From contig CP000071.1 in assembly GCA_000002445.1 (NCBI GenBank), positions 1,984,001 through 2,048,000 on the forward strand: a DNA stretch of 64,000 bases, written 5' to 3'. Below, piece after piece: positions 63,001 to 64,000 of the stretch. Numbering within the stretch: position 1 is the stretch's first letter; each line of letters begins with the position of its first letter. A program made the translations under genes and the position numbers. Below the pieces are notes generated by a model that was given only the letters and a program-made list of their open reading frames with translations, did not search any database and was not told the origin of the DNA. This stretch comes from Trypanosoma brucei. Lineage: Eukaryota.

Positions 63001-63645
63001 GGCGGGGTACTCGAAGCTGCAGGTATTGCAGAGATCAAGTTCCGTGAGGCTGACGTACGGGAGCTGATCCGACGAAACGAACCGCGGTTGAGGTCATTAA
63101 GCCCTGACCACCGCCATGCGGAAGAGAATCGGCTGCTACCGCGTTACAACGACGTGGCGCTTCGATTTGCGGACCTTCATGACACACATGTCCGCATGGA
63201 AGCGACTGGCGTCGTGCGTGGGGTCATTCCCTGGAAGGACAGTCGACGTCGCTTCTACGAAAAGCTCCAGAGGAAACTGAAGGAATTGTCACTTGCGGCG
63301 ACGCTGGTGGAGCGTCGGATGGCAGGTGACCTCGCGGACGGTGTACGGTACCTCGAGCAAGCCTTCGCACAAAAGCACCCAGGAGTTTTGTGGGGAAGTG
63401 ATGATGCCCTGCAGTTGCAGTGGCTGATAGAGTATGAAAGCGAGCTCAACGTTTCCACACACAACATTGTGTCACCCACTTCAGCATCCGCAGAAATACT
63501 GGAAGCGCTCCGGCGTCATGTGCCCTTACATGGAGAACAAAACGAAGCAGGTGAAGGGTTGGAAGGGTGTTTTGAGGAGCTTTTCAAAGACGAAAGGATG
63601 CGGCGTGCGGCCATGCAGGCGCTGGAACGTACAACCGCGAAGTAA
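57100..63645 (+). CDS. ACC: Acetyl-CoA carboxylase; single-chain, with biotin carboxylase, BCCP and carboxyltransferase domains
   Basis: Biotin carboxylase motifs: LIANNGLAAVK, YPGWGHASENP, KASEGGGGKGIR, TRDCSVQRRHQKIIEEGP, ELNPRIQVEHPVSE. The biotinyl site is EVEVMKMILPL. The C-terminal roughly 1000 aa have carboxyltransferase motifs (FVMVANDITFQSGSF, GRSVGIGAYL, GGAWVVVDPSIN). At 2181 aa it fits eukaryotic ACC. Confidence 0.9.
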   Translation: MSLSSPVTTMRPQLHGMKELCRFLGGKRPIERLLIANNGLAAVKGIDSVRSWLYVHTGNTEAVEFTVMATPEDLHANAEFISLSDRHVAVPGGPNRNNYANVDIIMQTAVQNSCNAIYPGWGHASENPALPRECVKTGERVIFLGPSAKAMFALGDKIASTIVAQSNGVPTVPWSGDEILLPPGVFEVDPLVYEKAYISTAEECEELCGRLGFPVMIKASEGGGGKGIRRCLRKEDVRDMFFAVAEEVKGCHIFVMRMLENVRHLEVQLLADDYGDCIAVHTRDCSVQRRHQKIIEEGPVFGVDASIINDMEAAAVRLAKAVKYRGLGTVEYMYDKSTQKFFFLELNPRIQVEHPVSELVSGVNLPAALLCVGMGVPLHRIPEVRTFFGEQPYDTSPIDFTRRRCLAAKGHTIAVRVTAEDTDEGFRPTSGRVEEIAFKNSKECWGYFSVGAGGEIHQFADSQFGHIFSSAETREEARRGMVMALRNLVIRGEIHTSVSYVLGLLERPEFCNCDVSTDWLDRLISARILQSAQHNQQDVYIALTAACTLRMLSKRDENHGRYVSFLSAGHVPTTEFLSNYESESYVNRSTNFNVTMGLTSPTEISISLNGSVISVPFRKLKSGALQLRVGGKTAIAYAEKEPSSLRISIGGKETTFTGDIDPTKLFAAVPGRFVRYLVCDGGHVEEGTIVAEVEVMKMILPLRASTVGALHHKVAPGSTIALGTLVAEITPDDPSKVARPREATEPWPPELLDAADKEDQMERLDSLARARRGAEALWNMLRGYHFSGIPLDRRLKSAFSDLGALSLSSVSLTALNLPFISERVVGSDHATPNYKLRVVLETLISEYVEVERSFVRCNRQEAIHQVRETTGDTRKVFEIDFAHNQPSHHGVIKAVLNTLENNMVLLKSLMPSLSTLVNLRSTGDGTLQMQARYLLRQCSLPSFVERKIAFTRELEEGSMMDLIQGSYGTDLLCATMFDRQVPHLIQLCLEFHVQREYFGQSRITNLDVCTRDGCWYCYYEYEPLEEHDPLLAGVLHCHAPDATAGSAENQGAGVVLMLPDVKVLQKTWAETLNLNLQQTSRCPSVCTVFVSVCRQFTEEEVARLCEGALRDNAEALRQHVKLERVTFIVHGVDRGPRTFTYRSAHDWREDTLIRNVAPLSARRLELQRLENYDVVMYPTPFKEIHVFHATPKKKSVSFLEHRIFARACVTPRDLGVAPWTVMNEIDAGHMFDICLDALDVIRSDSTIKYPKHNHLFIKMVELTFDLSSLRKVLSQVGKSYKWRTMHLGVAEVELSFLLPVSSGYVPFRVIVSSSSGASAAMRIYHEWNEGGKPCLRRAQNSEDILMNSLYTSSDSVQEQAADAQKVEPPSGCPAGAVGGTLTRALAKLEALRSLLPSRGDEGDAIDDGEECIPLQPYPLLNAKQLKRLQAWMIHTVYVHDWPELLQYALREEWKQHARGRRFPLSRIPPSVLKATELYLDPADKKTLLEEKPQGHVPCGVIVWLVDINPPSYYDSESNIAGSRRFVMVANDITFQSGSFAVPEDDVFSAASVLARQLRIPFVYISANSGARIGLSAEVKKRFRVAFNDAEEAEYLYLVQSDYDELVSRGVRLAVEKLEPRQVEGDEGGEVRYVIRGVVGGTEEYLGVENLRGSGLIAGHMSKNYSNVPTISIVTGRSVGIGAYLNRIGRRVIQTGDAPLILTGAAALNRLLGKEVYSDNSQLGGRQVMVPNGVTHWYAKNNRLAAETLLRWLDYVPPVVHPLRCSPRILALRQPDPIDRDVTYEPSGVESYDPRGLVRGVGDKLGLFDRDSWVESLEGWAKTVVTGRATLGGIPCGIVLVETRPTRKCKPADPADPTSSEAFVAQAGQVWFPDSARKTADALDDFHRERLPCFIFANWRGFSGGMRDMFEEVLKFGASIVDNLRVYNCPVFIYIPPRGELRGGAWVVVDPSINHCGAVEMYCDGSARGGVLEAAGIAEIKFREADVRELIRRNEPRLRSLSPDHRHAEENRLLPRYNDVALRFADLHDTHVRMEATGVVRGVIPWKDSRRRFYEKLQRKLKELSLAATLVERRMAGDLADGVRYLEQAFAQKHPGVLWGSDDALQLQWLIEYESELNVSTHNIVSPTSASAEILEALRRHVPLHGEQNEAGEGLEGCFEELFKDERMRRAAMQALERTTAK

Positions 63646-64000
63646 CATGGCGTGGGATGCGGCGCCACTGGAGGCAAGGAATGAGAATTACAAATAACTG
63701 ATTGAAGGGGCCGTATGCGGCACATAACGGGGCTTCCACAATATAAGTGAATGGGAATTCTTTTTTTTTGTTTGTTTGTTTGCGCCTTAATGATTGTTGC
63801 AGGGCGTATAATGGGAGTATAAGTGACAGCTAAGTGAACGTGTGTGATATTAGTGGAACTCTACCCATATTCTACCTCTCTATCGCCACCAAAAGAAGCA
63901 AAAAAGGAAATTGATTTTGTGGTTCCATTTTTGTTTCGCTCCATTCCGCTTTCCCCGTGCCAAACATAAGAATCGGGGAATGAATCATTTTCAAGACGAC

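Noticed and set aside
1-64000. Prokaryotic-style features: CRISPR arrays, operons, defence islands, integrases and IS elements.
   Set aside because: The architecture is a eukaryotic kinetoplastid polycistron, with intron-less 1 to 6.5 kb ORFs, polypyrimidine-AG splice signals and eukaryotic gene families such as AP-4, PP4R3, NEK and ACC. There are no short direct repeat and spacer arrays, transposase-like ORFs or inverted terminal repeats.

Overview
This window reads as a core chromosomal segment of a kinetoplastid (trypanosomatid) nuclear genome, probably a Trypanosoma with about 50-55% GC, and most like T. cruzi or a close relative. The evidence is the gene layout: long, intron-less ORFs packed on one strand per cluster; a polypyrimidine tract followed by AG just upstream of most first ATGs (trans-splice acceptor sites); and a single strand-switch. 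The genes at 1..10775 are all on the minus strand and those at 15223..63645 all on the plus strand. Between them lies a 4.4 kb divergent strand-switch region, which I take to be a polycistronic transcription start zone. It contains a T12-G9 homopolymer junction and a GC-rich block of mutually overlapping ORFs. It is not prokaryotic, so CRISPR, operon and defence-island logic do not apply. I found no tRNA or rRNA.

Genes I recognise by motif are:
- an acetyl-CoA carboxylase (2181 aa);
- a methylcrotonoyl/propionyl-CoA carboxylase alpha-type biotin carboxylase;
- a NEK-family kinase with a C-terminal PH domain;
- an M16 (HxxEH) insulinase-like metallopeptidase;
- an AP-4 mu-adaptin;
- a PP4 regulatory subunit 3 (SMEK) homologue;
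- a roadblock/LC7 dynein light chain;
- a J-domain membrane protein;
- a divergent cyclophilin-like protein;
- a TRAPPC5 (Trs31)-like protein;
- an IF-2-like translational GTPase whose switch II reads DTPGE instead of DTPGH;
- an IQ-motif protein;
- several large coiled-coil or WD40 proteins.

The most unusual feature is a 1579-aa protein with about 17.7 near-identical tandem copies of a 123-nt (41-aa) repeat. The array is open on both strands and is prone to assembly collapse.

The supplied ORF track uses alternative start codons (GTG/TTG), so I re-set several CDS starts to the first ATG after the polypyrimidine-AG. The track also omits a minus-strand CDS that runs off the 5' end of the window (1..1217).
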